DNA of 64,000 nt, from positions 21,833-85,832 of the forward strand of contig JAZNQK010000035.1 of the NCBI GenBank assembly GCA_045590135.1, given 5' to 3'. This document shows positions 36,510 to 47,179 of this stretch, piece after piece. A program made the translations under genes and the position numbers. Numbering within the stretch: position 1 is the stretch's first letter; every line of letters begins with the position of its first letter. The notes under the pieces were generated by a model. It worked only from the letters and a program-made list of their open reading frames with translations. It was not told the DNA's origin and made no database searches. Origin of the DNA: Faecousia sp. Its GTDB lineage: Bacteria > Bacillota > Clostridia > Oscillospirales > Oscillospiraceae.

Positions 36510-39040
36510 TTTGCCTCATACCAGGTCTTGCCAAACTTTGCCTCTGCGATCAGCGGGATCTTCAGCTGCGCCACTTGCTGCATTTCGTCGCTGAGTAGCT
36601 TCGCCACATCCTCCGCGATCTCCTCCGGGCATTCTACGATCAGCTCATCGTGTACCTGCAGTAGTAATTTTGCCTGGGGATACTTCTGCGCAAGCACCTG
36701 ATCGATACGGATCATCGCCATTTTAATGAGATCAGCAGCCGTGCCCTGGATAGGCGTATTCAGTGCAATGCGTTCAGCGCCTTGACGCACCATATAATTG
36801 CTGCTGGTAAGCTCAGGGATATACCTGCGCCGACCATACACTGTGGTAGTGTAGCCATCTGACTTCGCCTGTGCCACCACTTTTTTCATATACTGGGCAA
36901 CACCGCTGTACTTATTCAGATAGCTGTCAATATACGCTTTCGCCTCGTAGCGGCTTACACCGATGTCCTCTGACAAAGAGAATTCGGAAATACCATAAAC
37001 AATGCCGAAATTGACAGCCTTTGCGTGACGACGCTGCAGCGGTGTAACCATATCGGCAGGAATCCCAAATACCTGAGACGCTGTCACCGTGTGGATATCC
37101 ATTCCTTCAAGGAATGCCTTGCACATCGACTTATCATCCGCAATGTGTGCTAACACACGCAGCTCGATCTGACTGTAATCTGCATCGACAAGAACACACC
37201 CGGGACTGGGGATAAACATTTTGCGGATCTCAGAGCCAAGATCTGTTCGAATTGGAATGTTTTGCAGATTGGGTTCTGTTGAAGAAAGACGGCCTGTGGC
37301 TGTAACCAAATTCTGGAATGTGGTATGGATCTTTCCATCCGCACCGATCACCTTCATGAGGCCATCTGCATAGGTAGACTTCAGCTTTGTCAGCATCCTG
37401 TAATCCATGATCGCAGGAATGATCGGATGTTTTCCTTTCAGCTTCTCCAAAACATCTGCGTTGGTAGAATAACCCGTCTTTGTCTTCTTGACAGGCGGCA
37501 GAGCCAATTTCTCAAAGAGAAGCTCGCCCAACTGTTTGGTGGAATTGATATTAAACGGTCCATCAGAGTAGCCGAAGATCAAACTTTCGCAGTCTGCGAT
37601 ACGCTGAGAAAGCATCTGAGAAAACTGCTCCAGCTGATTACGGTCAATGCTGATACCTGTGCGCTCCATTCTATATAACACACCGCACAACGGCAATTCG
37701 ATTCCGTAATACAACTCCTCCATACCCTGCTTGACAAGCTCTGCAAGCAACACGGGAGCCAGATTCCAGACCCCCTGCGCGCAGGCTGCTGCATCTGCAT
37801 CATCTGCAGTAACACCCAAAAAGCTCGTTGCAAGCTTTGATACAGGATAATCAGATTGAGATGGATTCAGATCATAAGCTGCCAAAGCCGTATCAAAAGT
37901 GAAATCACAAACCGGCAGATCCATTTGCTCCAGAGTGTGCATCAGTGCCTTTACATTATGACCGATGACTTCCTTCGCAGAAGAAAGAATCGGAATAAGT
38001 GACTGTGCCTCCATTGGTGTCAGTGCGCAAACGCCGTCACTCCACGCAACGCCAACTGTTCCGTCCGGTGCCACATAGAGCGCAATTTTATCACAATTTT
38101 CGGGGACACAATCACAATAAGGTAAATTACATACTGTCTTTGACTGTACCTTCGGTGCTTCCTTTTCCGCACCGCGAAGACCATATTTGTCGATCAGTCG
38201 CACAAACTCCAATCGAACAAAAAGCTCATACAATGCAGCGCGGTTATAGGGCTGCACCACAGCATCTATGGGTTCGAAATCAATGGGCGCATTGGTGCGA
38301 ATGGTAGCAAGGTCATAAGATAGATACGCGCTTTCCTTCCCTGCTTCCAATTTTTCCCGAAGCTTTGGGCGAATATCCGGGTCATCCAGATTTGCATACA
38401 CACCATCCAATGAGCCATACTTGTGAAGCAGCTCAGACGCAGTCTTTGGTCCAACACCTGCAACACCGGGGATATTATCAGAGGAATCGCCCATCAGCGC
38501 CTTCAGGTCTACCATTCTGGACGGTTCAAAGCCATACTCATCAGTAAATGCAGCTCTATCATACAAGGTTGATGTGGTTTGACCCGGGCGTGTAATGATC
38601 AGTTTGACATGCACATTGTCATCGATCAGCTGCAGGCTGTCTCTGTCTCCGGTCACCACGACACATTCCCATTCATTATTGCTGCAGATCCTGCCAACCG
38701 TACCGATCACATCATCGGCTTCCCAGCCCTGACATTCATAGATAGGAATGTTCATAGCCTGCAAAACCTGCTTCATAACCGGCATCTGCTGTGCCAGCTC
38801 CTCCGGCATACCATGGCGGTTTGCCTTATACAGATCATACTTTTCGTGGCGGAAGGTAGGACCGTGAAGATCGAAAGCAACACACACCGCCTCCGGCTGT
38901 TCTTCCTTTTCGATCTTCTCCAAAATATTCAAAAAGCCGTAAATGGCGTGGGTATACAGTCCGTCCCGGGTAGTCAGCGGTTTTACGCCGAAATAGGCAC
39001 GGTTGATAATACTGTTGCCATCTAAAATCAGCAGCTTCAT
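36506..39040 (-). CDS. polA: DNA polymerase I
   Basis: LDGNS, EADDVIGT, GDSSDNIPGV, TGRLSSTEPNLQNIP, DYSQIELR, KAVNFGIVYG, QVHDEL. Confidence 0.97.
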   Translation of the reverse strand: MKLLILDGNSIINRAYFGVKPLTTRDGLYTHAIYGFLNILEKIEKEEQPEAVCVAFDLHGPTFRHEKYDLYKANRHGMPEELAQQMPVMKQVLQAMNIPIYECQGWEADDVIGTVGRICSNNEWECVVVTGDRDSLQLIDDNVHVKLIITRPGQTTSTLYDRAAFTDEYGFEPSRMVDLKALMGDSSDNIPGVAGVGPKTASELLHKYGSLDGVYANLDDPDIRPKLREKLEAGKESAYLSYDLATIRTNAPIDFEPIDAVVQPYNRAALYELFVRLEFVRLIDKYGLRGAEKEAPKVQSKTVCNLPYCDCVPENCDKIALYVAPDGTVGVAWSDGVCALTPMEAQSLIPILSSAKEVIGHNVKALMHTLEQMDLPVCDFTFDTALAAYDLNPSQSDYPVSKLATSFLGVTADDADAAACAQGVWNLAPVLLAELVKQGMEELYYGIELPLCGVLYRMERTGISIDRNQLEQFSQMLSQRIADCESLIFGYSDGPFNINSTKQLGELLFEKLALPPVKKTKTGYSTNADVLEKLKGKHPIIPAIMDYRMLTKLKSTYADGLMKVIGADGKIHTTFQNLVTATGRLSSTEPNLQNIPIRTDLGSEIRKMFIPSPGCVLVDADYSQIELRVLAHIADDKSMCKAFLEGMDIHTVTASQVFGIPADMVTPLQRRHAKAVNFGIVYGISEFSLSEDIGVSRYEAKAYIDSYLNKYSGVAQYMKKVVAQAKSDGYTTTVYGRRRYIPELTSSNYMVRQGAERIALNTPIQGTAADLIKMAMIRIDQVLAQKYPQAKLLLQVHDELIVECPEEIAEDVAKLLSDEMQQVAQLKIPLIAEAKFGKTWYEAK

Positions 39041-40452
39041 ACTTTTCTCCACTTTGTTCCCTGAGGTGTATCGATGATTTCAACACCCATATCCTTCAGC
39101 AGATCCCGGATCCGGTCTGCCTCCGCAAAATTCTTTTCTTTTTTTGCCGCAGTTCTGGCTGCAACCAGTGCATCCACTTCCGGATCAGCAGACTGCGCTT
39201 CATCCTTTGCCTGCTTTTCCTTCAGTGCATTTGCTGCCTGCAACAAATTCAAAGATAAAACCTTATCAAAGTCAGCAATGGCGGCAAGCTTTGTTGCATC
39301 ATTGGTCTTTGCCTTTAACACATCATAAAGGGCGGTAACAGCCAAGGATGTGTTCAGATCGCCATTCAACGCATTGGCGAAGCGTTCTTTAAGACCGCTG
39401 AGAGCATCGTTATCCACATCGCCTGCTGTTTCCAGCGCAGCGATCTTTGCAATCAGCTTTTGATAAGCAACAGCAGCATTATCAAGATTCTCCCAACTGA
39501 ACACCAGATTGCGGCGATAGTGACTCTGCAGGCAGAAAAGCCGATAAGCCATCGGATCATAGCCTTTTTGCTCCAGGAGGCTGACTGTCAGGAACTCTCC
39601 CTTGGATTTAGACATTTTACCGGTATCTGTGTTCAAATGATGCACATGGAACCAGTAATTACACCACTTGTGTCCCAAAAAGCTTTCAGACTGGGCGATC
39701 TCATTGGTATGATGGGGAAAAGCGTTGTCAATACCGCCTGCGTGGATATCCAGATCTTCACCCAAATACTTCATAGAAATGCCAGAGCATTCAATATGCC
39801 ATCCGGGATACCCTACGCCCCAGGGAGATTCCCATTTCAGTGCCTGATCTTCAAACTTGGATTTGGTAAACCAAAGAACGAAATCATTTTTGTTTTTCTT
39901 GTTGGTATCCTCTTCCACGCCCTCGCGTACACCGATAGCAAGATCCTCTTCATCGTGGTCGTTAAAGACATAGTACTTATCCAGCTTCGAGGTATCAAAA
40001 TACACATTTCCGCCGGCAACATAGGCAAAGCCTTTTTCCAGCAGACCGGAGACGATCTGAATAAATTCTGCAATACAACCGGTTGCAGGCTGAATGATCT
40101 CCGGTTTTTTAATATTAAGCTTATCACAATCCGCAAAAAAAGCATCCGTATAGTACTGTGCGATCTCCATAACGGATTTATTCTCACGCTTTGCACCCTT
40201 GAGCATTTTATCTTCACCGGTGTCAGCATCAGATGCCAGATGGCCAACATCTGTGATATTCATAACCCGCTTCACATTATAGCCAAAATAAGTCAGTGCT
40301 TTTTCCAGCACATCCTCCATAATGTAGGTGCGCAGATTTCCGATATGGGCAAAATGGTACACCGTAGGACCACAGGTATACATCTTTACCACATCCGGTG
40401 AATTTGGCTGAAAAAGTTCTTTTTTATGGGTAAGAGAATTATAAAGATACAT
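39037..40452 (-). CDS. cysS: Cysteinyl-tRNA synthetase
   Basis: CGPTVY, HIGN, PGWHIECS, FPHHTNE, KMSKS. Confidence 0.97.
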   Translation of the reverse strand: MYLYNSLTHKKELFQPNSPDVVKMYTCGPTVYHFAHIGNLRTYIMEDVLEKALTYFGYNVKRVMNITDVGHLASDADTGEDKMLKGAKRENKSVMEIAQYYTDAFFADCDKLNIKKPEIIQPATGCIAEFIQIVSGLLEKGFAYVAGGNVYFDTSKLDKYYVFNDHDEEDLAIGVREGVEEDTNKKNKNDFVLWFTKSKFEDQALKWESPWGVGYPGWHIECSGISMKYLGEDLDIHAGGIDNAFPHHTNEIAQSESFLGHKWCNYWFHVHHLNTDTGKMSKSKGEFLTVSLLEQKGYDPMAYRLFCLQSHYRRNLVFSWENLDNAAVAYQKLIAKIAALETAGDVDNDALSGLKERFANALNGDLNTSLAVTALYDVLKAKTNDATKLAAIADFDKVLSLNLLQAANALKEKQAKDEAQSADPEVDALVAARTAAKKEKNFAEADRIRDLLKDMGVEIIDTPQGTKWRKV

Positions 40453-40471
40453 AATTTTTCCTCCTGATTAT

Positions 40472-40665
40472 AAATAAAAAACACCTCTCGCGCAAAGCAC
40501 AAGAGGCGGGTCATACAACTCGCGGTTCCACTCTCATTTATCACTTATTACTTATATTCGCTCCCGGACGCACTTTCACAAGAAGGCATCACCTGCGCTC
40601 TCAGCCACGGCACAGATTCTCTGAAACAGCCAACGCTTTGTTACTCTTTCCGATCATTGCGATTT
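40472..40665 (-). ncRNA. T-box riboswitch, Cys specifier
   Basis: AGAGA and GCTGAGA stem-I motifs; specifier TGC (40572-40570); AATGAGAGTGGAACCGCG; terminator with T-tract. Confidence 0.9.
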
Positions 40666-40796
40666 TTATATATTTTAACATCTCAATAGCTATCTTGTCA
40701 AGGATTACCACTGTCAGAGGTACATAAATCCCATTGTCAAAACAAGTCGCATATGATATAATCCTATCAAAACAGATATTCGAAGGAGAAACACAT

Positions 40797-42002
40797 ATGA
40801 AAAGAGCTTTGTTTGCGATAGTCAGCATTATACTTATCCTTTCATTATGCGCCTGTGCACCGAAAGAACCCATTACCACCCAGCCCACTTTGGAAGCAAC
40901 AGACGCTCCCGGCGATACAACAGCCCCCACATCCGAAAGCACACTACCTGATATCACCGTTCAGCAGCTGCCTATGAGCGCAGTTTCTTTGCCCCTTGTG
41001 ACGGAGTCTGAAAACGCAGATGACGGTACGGAAATATTCCGCTATACTTTTCAGAATATTAGTATTACCCATCCGGATGCTGAAGTTGCGGATAAAGTTG
41101 TGCTGAATTTCCTGAATCGAGTGGACTCTACGCGCTCTACAGCCGAGGATATTCTGGATGCAGCAAAGGTCGCGTATAAACCCGGCAGCAGCTGGACGCC
41201 TTATCAGTGCGTCATTGCATATGAACCTATGCGCCTTGACCTGGGCATATTGAGCATGCTTGGCAGTCACACCACCTTCAGCGGTGCTTCTCATCCCGAG
41301 ACCGTATACGAAACCGTCAGCTATGATCTGACCACCGGCAAAACATTATCCATTCATTCTATTATGGATTTTGAGGCCAATGGCAATACCCTTTTTGAAT
41401 TCATCCTTGAAGATCTTGAGAGCAAGGCTGAGAAACTGAACCTCTTTGAAGGCTATGAGGAATCTGTTGAAGCACTGAAAAACAGCGTGCAGCTGAACAA
41501 TCATTGGTACTTGTCCAGCGAAGGACTATGCGTATTCTTCCCACCCTATGAGATCGCACCTTATGCATCCGGTGTGGTTACTGCCACTGTTCCTTATGAG
41601 AAGCTCACCGGAATTCTAAATGACGCCTACTTCCCCAGCGAACGCGAAATCATTCCCGGCGAATTATCCGTTCTTCCCTTCACCCAGGAATCCACCTCTG
41701 TATTTACCCAGATCGCAGAGCTGTTCATTGATACCGATGCCACAGGGGATCTTCTTTATACCCAAACCGCTCTGTATGACATCCGTATCGACCAAGGCAC
41801 ATTATCCGCAAGCGGTGAAACCTTTACAAAGCAGCAGACTATATTTGCAGCATCCTCTCTGACACCCGGTGATGCAATCATGATCTGTGCATCCTTACCT
41901 GATACGATCCCCAATCTGCGCGTGCAATATTACAGTGGTGAAACACTGTGTACGGCATACATTTCCAGCGACGGCGCCCACTTAACATTAAGATTCAGCT
42001 AA
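40797..42002 (+). CDS. Lipoprotein with DUF3298/RsiV-PdaC-like domain
   Basis: Lipobox LCAC; GASHP...YDLTTGKTL; WYLSSEGLCVFFPPYEIAPYASG. Confidence 0.8.
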   Translation: MKRALFAIVSIILILSLCACAPKEPITTQPTLEATDAPGDTTAPTSESTLPDITVQQLPMSAVSLPLVTESENADDGTEIFRYTFQNISITHPDAEVADKVVLNFLNRVDSTRSTAEDILDAAKVAYKPGSSWTPYQCVIAYEPMRLDLGILSMLGSHTTFSGASHPETVYETVSYDLTTGKTLSIHSIMDFEANGNTLFEFILEDLESKAEKLNLFEGYEESVEALKNSVQLNNHWYLSSEGLCVFFPPYEIAPYASGVVTATVPYEKLTGILNDAYFPSEREIIPGELSVLPFTQESTSVFTQIAELFIDTDATGDLLYTQTALYDIRIDQGTLSASGETFTKQQTIFAASSLTPGDAIMICASLPDTIPNLRVQYYSGETLCTAYISSDGAHLTLRFS

Positions 42003-42020
42003 ATAGTGAAACCGGAGCAA

Positions 42021-43397
42021 TTACCTGCTCCGGTTCTTTCTATATACGAAGTAATGCTTGACCTGTCGGCTCAGCTCCGGACTTAAAACAGCCAACACGA
42101 TCAAGTTGGGAATTGCCATCAGTGCATTCACGATCTCCGCTAAAAGCCACACTGTCTGCGTGCCGATCACCGCACCAAGTACTGTTGTAACCATCTGTAC
42201 CCAGACAAATGCTCGCCATACCCCGTCACCAAACAGATACTGCGCGCAGCGTCCGCCATACAATCCCCAACCGAGCACTGTAGCAACAGCAAAAGCCGCA
42301 AGTGCAATGGTGATCACTACATTGATCCACTGTCCTAACACACTGGAAAAAGCATCCATCGTCAGTCGGACACCGGGATCTGTGCCATACGGAATCGCGA
42401 TCCCACTGCACAATATAGCAAGGGCAGTCATCGTACATATAAGGATCGTATCAATGAAAACTTCCACGATTCCCATCATCCCCTGCTCCACAGGATGATC
42501 TACCTTGGCTGCGCTGTGGGCAATTGCTGCGGTTCCCATACCGGCCTCATTGGTGAATGTCCCCCTGGATGCACCGATGCGTAGGGCGCGAAAGGCGGAT
42601 CCAAGGATTCCTCCGGTAACTGCAGCAGGTTCAAACGCACCATAAATAATGGATTTTAACACATCCGGGATCATATTGCCACGCAGGATCAAAACCGTAA
42701 TGCACAGCAGCAGATATGCAGCCGATGCAAAAGGCACCAATGTTTGGGCGATCATACCGATCCTCTTTGCGCCTCCGATCAGTACCACGCCTAAGAATGC
42801 GGCGATCACAACGCCAACAAGCATATTAATGATCACACGCTCACTGCCGCCCAGCGCAACGATCACTGCATTCACACCGCCGACTACCGCATTGATCTGG
42901 GTTGCATTGCCTACACCAAAGGCAGCCACTACGCCGAAAAAGGAATACAAATATGCCAGCCATTTCCATTTTTCGCCCATTCCACGCTGGATCATATACA
43001 TAGGTCCGCCAACATATTCCCCATTTGAATTCTTCACCCGGTAGCAAACTGACAATGTTGCCTCTGCAAACTTTGTTGCCATACCGATGAAGCCGCATAT
43101 CCACATCCAAAATATTGCACCGGGTCCGCCAATGGCAATAGCGCCTGCAACACCTGCAATATTACCGGTACCCACCGTAGCAGCAAGTGCAGTGCAAAGA
43201 GCCTGAAACTGCGAAACGCCATCACCGGACTTTGTGTTTCTCCTAAAGCCTGCAAAAAATCTTTTGACAGACCCATTAAACAACCGAAACTGTATAAATC
43301 CCGTCCGTATACTAATATACAGACCGATTCCAATAATCATCAGCAATGTAGGTATCCCCCACAGAAAGCTGTTGATCTTCTCCAATGCTGATATCAA
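42021..43397 (-). CDS. Alanine/glycine:cation symporter (AgcS/AlsT family)
   Basis: ALAATVGTGNIAGVA, GGPGAIFWMW, GGPMY, NEAGMG, MAIPNL; TTG start behind GGAGG. Confidence 0.92.
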   Translation of the reverse strand: MISALEKINSFLWGIPTLLMIIGIGLYISIRTGFIQFRLFNGSVKRFFAGFRRNTKSGDGVSQFQALCTALAATVGTGNIAGVAGAIAIGGPGAIFWMWICGFIGMATKFAEATLSVCYRVKNSNGEYVGGPMYMIQRGMGEKWKWLAYLYSFFGVVAAFGVGNATQINAVVGGVNAVIVALGGSERVIINMLVGVVIAAFLGVVLIGGAKRIGMIAQTLVPFASAAYLLLCITVLILRGNMIPDVLKSIIYGAFEPAAVTGGILGSAFRALRIGASRGTFTNEAGMGTAAIAHSAAKVDHPVEQGMMGIVEVFIDTILICTMTALAILCSGIAIPYGTDPGVRLTMDAFSSVLGQWINVVITIALAAFAVATVLGWGLYGGRCAQYLFGDGVWRAFVWVQMVTTVLGAVIGTQTVWLLAEIVNALMAIPNLIVLAVLSPELSRQVKHYFVYRKNRSR

Positions 43398-43413
43398 AGC
43401 CGTCCTCCAAGCA

Positions 43414-43441
43414 AAAAGCAGTTCCTTTCGGAACTGCTTTC
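43414..43441 (-). terminator. Terminator-like hairpin between the ArsC-family gene and the symporter
   Basis: Minus strand AAAAGCAGTTCC-GAAA-GGAACTGCTTTTT. Confidence 0.7.
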
Positions 43442-43447
43442 GTAGTC

Positions 43448-43789
43448 TTATTCCCAGGTTGCCCAAATTTCCGGACAATATCCAACTGTTGCAAACTTGC
43501 CGTTTCTTACGATCGGTGTACGCATCAGCGACGGATCATCAAAAACCTTGTCCTCTTTTGCAGCGCGATCATCCATGTAGCGCATCAAAGTAATATCCTG
43601 CGCTTTGGAATCCCAGTCAATGAGATTGTCGATCCCGCCAACCGCGCGCAGTACTGCGTCAAATTCTTTACCGGACATACCGTAGCGCAGAAGATCGATC
43701 TGCTGAAACTTAATGCGCCGCTCTTTAAAATATCGCTCCGCTTTCTTTGTGTCAAAACACTTGCTCTTGCCAAATATCTGTATGTTCAA
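43448..43789 (-). CDS. ArsC/Spx-family thioredoxin-fold protein
   Basis: IQIFGKSKCFDTKKAERYFKER, PSLMRTPIVRNG..ATVGY; TTG start. Confidence 0.85.
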   Translation of the reverse strand: MNIQIFGKSKCFDTKKAERYFKERRIKFQQIDLLRYGMSGKEFDAVLRAVGGIDNLIDWDSKAQDITLMRYMDDRAAKEDKVFDDPSLMRTPIVRNGKFATVGYCPEIWATWE

Positions 43790-44520
43790 TAGTTTACCTC
43801 CATCAGACACAGGCCGCAGGCAGGCATCGTAATGCCGGCGTTTGCCCGCTCCTTACCGTACAGCTGCGAAACAGAAGTCACCGGACGCTCTCCCAAACCG
43901 ATCTCCACAAGCGTTCCAACCATAATGCGCACCATATGGTGTAAAAAGCCATTTCCTGTCACCAAAAAACGCACTTCATTTTCTGATTCGACGATATCAA
44001 AGGACATAATCGCTCTTATTGTGGACTTCTTAAAATTTTTATTTGCACAGAATGCTGAAAAATCGTGTGTGCCTAAAAAATCCGCTGCCGCTTCACGCAT
44101 CTTATCAATGTTCAGAGGTCTTCTTTCAAGATGCACATACTTCCTTTCGAATACACAGGGCGCTTCACTGTTCCAGATTCGGTAACAGTATGTTTTTGTT
44201 TTTGCATTGAGGCGTGCATGAAAACGCTGGGACACCTCCCTGCAGGAGTATATGCCAATGTCCTCCGGTAAATACCTGCGCAGCTGCATCAATATCTCAT
44301 CGCTTTGCATTGGATTGCTGCAGTGAAAATTTGCTACCTGCCGCAGAGCGTGCGTACCCGCATCTGTTCTGCCGCTGCCGGATACCTCCACAGGCTCTTC
44401 CAATATTCTTGACAATGCGTTTTCCAGCTTGGATTGAATCGTCTGATCCGATTGAGAAAGACGCTGCCATCCTTTATAGCGTGTACCGTCATAGCAAAGA
44501 TCAAGCCGCAGATTCCGCAT
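43786..44520 (-). CDS. truA: tRNA pseudouridine(38-40) synthase
   Basis: YDGTRYKGWQ, GSGRTDAGTHA, FHAR, GTHDFSAF, GFLHHMVR. Confidence 0.94.
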   Translation of the reverse strand: MRNLRLDLCYDGTRYKGWQRLSQSDQTIQSKLENALSRILEEPVEVSGSGRTDAGTHALRQVANFHCSNPMQSDEILMQLRRYLPEDIGIYSCREVSQRFHARLNAKTKTYCYRIWNSEAPCVFERKYVHLERRPLNIDKMREAAADFLGTHDFSAFCANKNFKKSTIRAIMSFDIVESENEVRFLVTGNGFLHHMVRIMVGTLVEIGLGERPVTSVSQLYGKERANAGITMPACGLCLMEVNY

Positions 44521-44701
44521 AATCAGAAAGCTCCTCCCGAACCTCCCGTTCGTTGTCCGCAGAAAACAGGAAGTTTCCTTTATAATCATAAACCTGAATA
44601 TGACCGCAAACATAACGAATAGAATACATAGCCAAACACTCCTTTGTTGTTATGGCCTTATTCTACTTTGTTATCAGTCCAATAAAGCGTACAGTTATTC
44701 G

Positions 44702-47179
44702 TTAGCCGATAACCTCGTAGCCTGCATCGATAATTGCCTGACGCAGCGCTTTTACATCGGCACTGCCTGTTACTGTCACAGTTTTATCCTGCAGATCTAC
44801 AACAGCATCTACAGTACCCTCCACAGCCTTACAGGCACTCTCGACTCGCGCCTTGCAGTGGGGGCACATCATGCCTTCTACCTTAATCACCGTACTCATA
44901 GCTGTTTCCTCCATATTTTTCTCAATTGAATTTACCGAAGTGATCTTATTATTTTTACTTTTGAACAGCCGCAGCCGCAATGCGTTGGTAACCACAAATA
45001 CAGAGCTCATACTCATAGCTGCAGCGCCTAACATAGGACTCAGTTGGATTCCAAATTCCGGATACAAAACGCCTGCTGCGACCGGAATGCCCAAAGCATT
45101 ATAGAAAAACGCCCAAAACAGGTTCTGCCGGATGTTGCGGATGGTTGCCTTGCTTAAGCGAATTGCATCACACACGCCTCCAAGGGAACTGTTCATCAAT
45201 ACAATATCCGCAGATTCCATTGCAATATCTGTTCCTGCGCCGATAGCCATACCTACATCTGCGGTTGCCAAAGCCGGCGCATCGTTGATACCATCGCCGA
45301 TCATCAGGACCTTCTTTCCTTCTGAGCGCAGCTTTGTAATAACAGATGCCTTATCCTGGGGCAGCACATCGGAGATCACCTGGTTGATCCCGGCGCTTTG
45401 CGCGATATGTTCTGCCGTATTTTTATTGTCACCGGTAAGCATAACAACATCAAGGCCCATTTTACGCAAAGCACTCACTGCATCGGCCGAATCATCCTTT
45501 AAGACATCAGCCGCGGCGATCGCACCTAAATACTGCCCATCATGGGATGCAAAATACAGCGGTGTTTTGCCGGTATCGCAGAGCATTTCATAGTCAGCAA
45601 CAGCGATCCCGATCTCTTCCATCAGCCGTCGGTTGCCGCCGTAATAACGAATTCCATCGACTACTGCGCTTACGCCGCGTCCCGGAAGCGTCTCAAAGCT
45701 CTCAGCGTCCTTATGGGCGATCTTTTCACAATAACTAAGTATCGCCCTGGCAAAAGGATGCTCCGATCTTGCCTCAACAGACGCCGCAACAGACAGCAGT
45801 TCCTCTTCGCTAAGCCCGGCGGGAAAAACATCTGTGACTGTTGGCTTTCCAACCGTAAGCGTTCCGGTTTTATCAATTACAACAGTATCCACATTGTGCA
45901 GATTCTCAAGCGCCTCAGCATTTTTAAACAAGACACCCATTTTTGCGCCTACACCGGTGCCGACCATAATCGCAACAGGTGTTGCAAGACCCAAGGCGCA
46001 CGGACATGAAATTACAAGCACAGCAATTGCTGTTGTTAAGGAAAATTCAAAGCTCTGTCCGGCCAGCATCCATACGGCAAAGGAAACCGCAGAGATCGTC
46101 ATCACCACAGGCACAAATATACCGCTGATCTTATCTGCCAGTCTGGCGATGGGCGCTTTAGAACCACCTGCTTCCTCCACAAGGCGTATCACCTGAGAGA
46201 ATGTAGTGTCTTCACCGATCCGGTCTGCGCGCATCTCAAAATAGCCTTCTGTGTTAATGGTGGCTGCTGAAACACTGTCTCCCTGATTCTTTTCTATGGG
46301 CACGCTTTCGCCGGTGAGGGCGCTCTGATCTACCGAGCCCCGTCCAAAAACGATGGTCCCATCCACAGGTATGCTTCCACCGGAACGGACGATCACGATG
46401 TCACCGACGCGAACCTGCTCAACAGGTATCTGAATTTCCTGCCCCTCTCTTCGCACAGTTGCACTCTTGGGAGAAAGATCCATCAGCTGACGGAGGGCAT
46501 CGCCTGTTCTTCTTTTTGCCCGGGTTTCCAAGTATTTTCCAAGAGTGATCAGCGTCAGGATCATCGCGGCAGATTCAAAATACAGATTCTCGCTGTAGCG
46601 CTGTACAGTCTGCATCTGACCGTGCCCCATAGCATACGCCATTGCGAACAGTGCAACAATACCGTACACCAATGACGCACCGGATCCGACAGCGATCAAC
46701 GAGTCCATATTCGGCGACCGGTTCCACAACGCCTTCAGGCCCTTTGTGAAATATACACGGTTGATAAATATTACCGGTAATGTCAGCGTAAACTGCAGTA
46801 GCGCAGCAACAACAGCATTTTCGATGCCGTGATACCAAGCAGGCATTGGTAAGCCTATCATATGCCCCATAGTAAAGTACATCAGCACAGTCAAAAAGGC
46901 AAATGACAGGAGCAATCTACTGCGCAAAGGCTTCAGTACATCCTCTGCAGGCGCATTTGTATGTGGCTTCTCACCATCCACAGATGCACCGTAACCTGCC
47001 GCGTTTACCGCCTGGATCACGCTCTGAGATATTGCAGCATTCTCTGCTTCCAGTGTCATCGCACCGGAGAGCAGATTGACTTGAACATCGTGCACACCGC
47101 TTATGCTCTTTACGACCTTCTCCACGCGGGCAGAGCAGGCAGCACAGGTCATTCCGGTAACAAGAAACTTTAACTTCAT
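44702..47179 (-). CDS. copA: Cu(I)-translocating P1B-type ATPase with N- and C-terminal HMA domains
   Basis: GMTCAAC, TGES, CPC, DKTGT, GDGIND, YN and MxxSS motifs, C-terminal GMMCPHC. Confidence 0.93.
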   Translation of the reverse strand: MKLKFLVTGMTCAACSARVEKVVKSISGVHDVQVNLLSGAMTLEAENAAISQSVIQAVNAAGYGASVDGEKPHTNAPAEDVLKPLRSRLLLSFAFLTVLMYFTMGHMIGLPMPAWYHGIENAVVAALLQFTLTLPVIFINRVYFTKGLKALWNRSPNMDSLIAVGSGASLVYGIVALFAMAYAMGHGQMQTVQRYSENLYFESAAMILTLITLGKYLETRAKRRTGDALRQLMDLSPKSATVRREGQEIQIPVEQVRVGDIVIVRSGGSIPVDGTIVFGRGSVDQSALTGESVPIEKNQGDSVSAATINTEGYFEMRADRIGEDTTFSQVIRLVEEAGGSKAPIARLADKISGIFVPVVMTISAVSFAVWMLAGQSFEFSLTTAIAVLVISCPCALGLATPVAIMVGTGVGAKMGVLFKNAEALENLHNVDTVVIDKTGTLTVGKPTVTDVFPAGLSEEELLSVAASVEARSEHPFARAILSYCEKIAHKDAESFETLPGRGVSAVVDGIRYYGGNRRLMEEIGIAVADYEMLCDTGKTPLYFASHDGQYLGAIAAADVLKDDSADAVSALRKMGLDVVMLTGDNKNTAEHIAQSAGINQVISDVLPQDKASVITKLRSEGKKVLMIGDGINDAPALATADVGMAIGAGTDIAMESADIVLMNSSLGGVCDAIRLSKATIRNIRQNLFWAFFYNALGIPVAAGVLYPEFGIQLSPMLGAAAMSMSSVFVVTNALRLRLFKSKNNKITSVNSIEKNMEETAMSTVIKVEGMMCPHCKARVESACKAVEGTVDAVVDLQDKTVTVTGSADVKALRQAIIDAGYEVIG

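Noticed and set aside
44896-44910. AGGAAACAGCTATGA matches the lacZ start / M13-reverse primer (vector contamination?)
   Set aside because: Only 15 nt, in frame within copA, with no flanking vector sequence.
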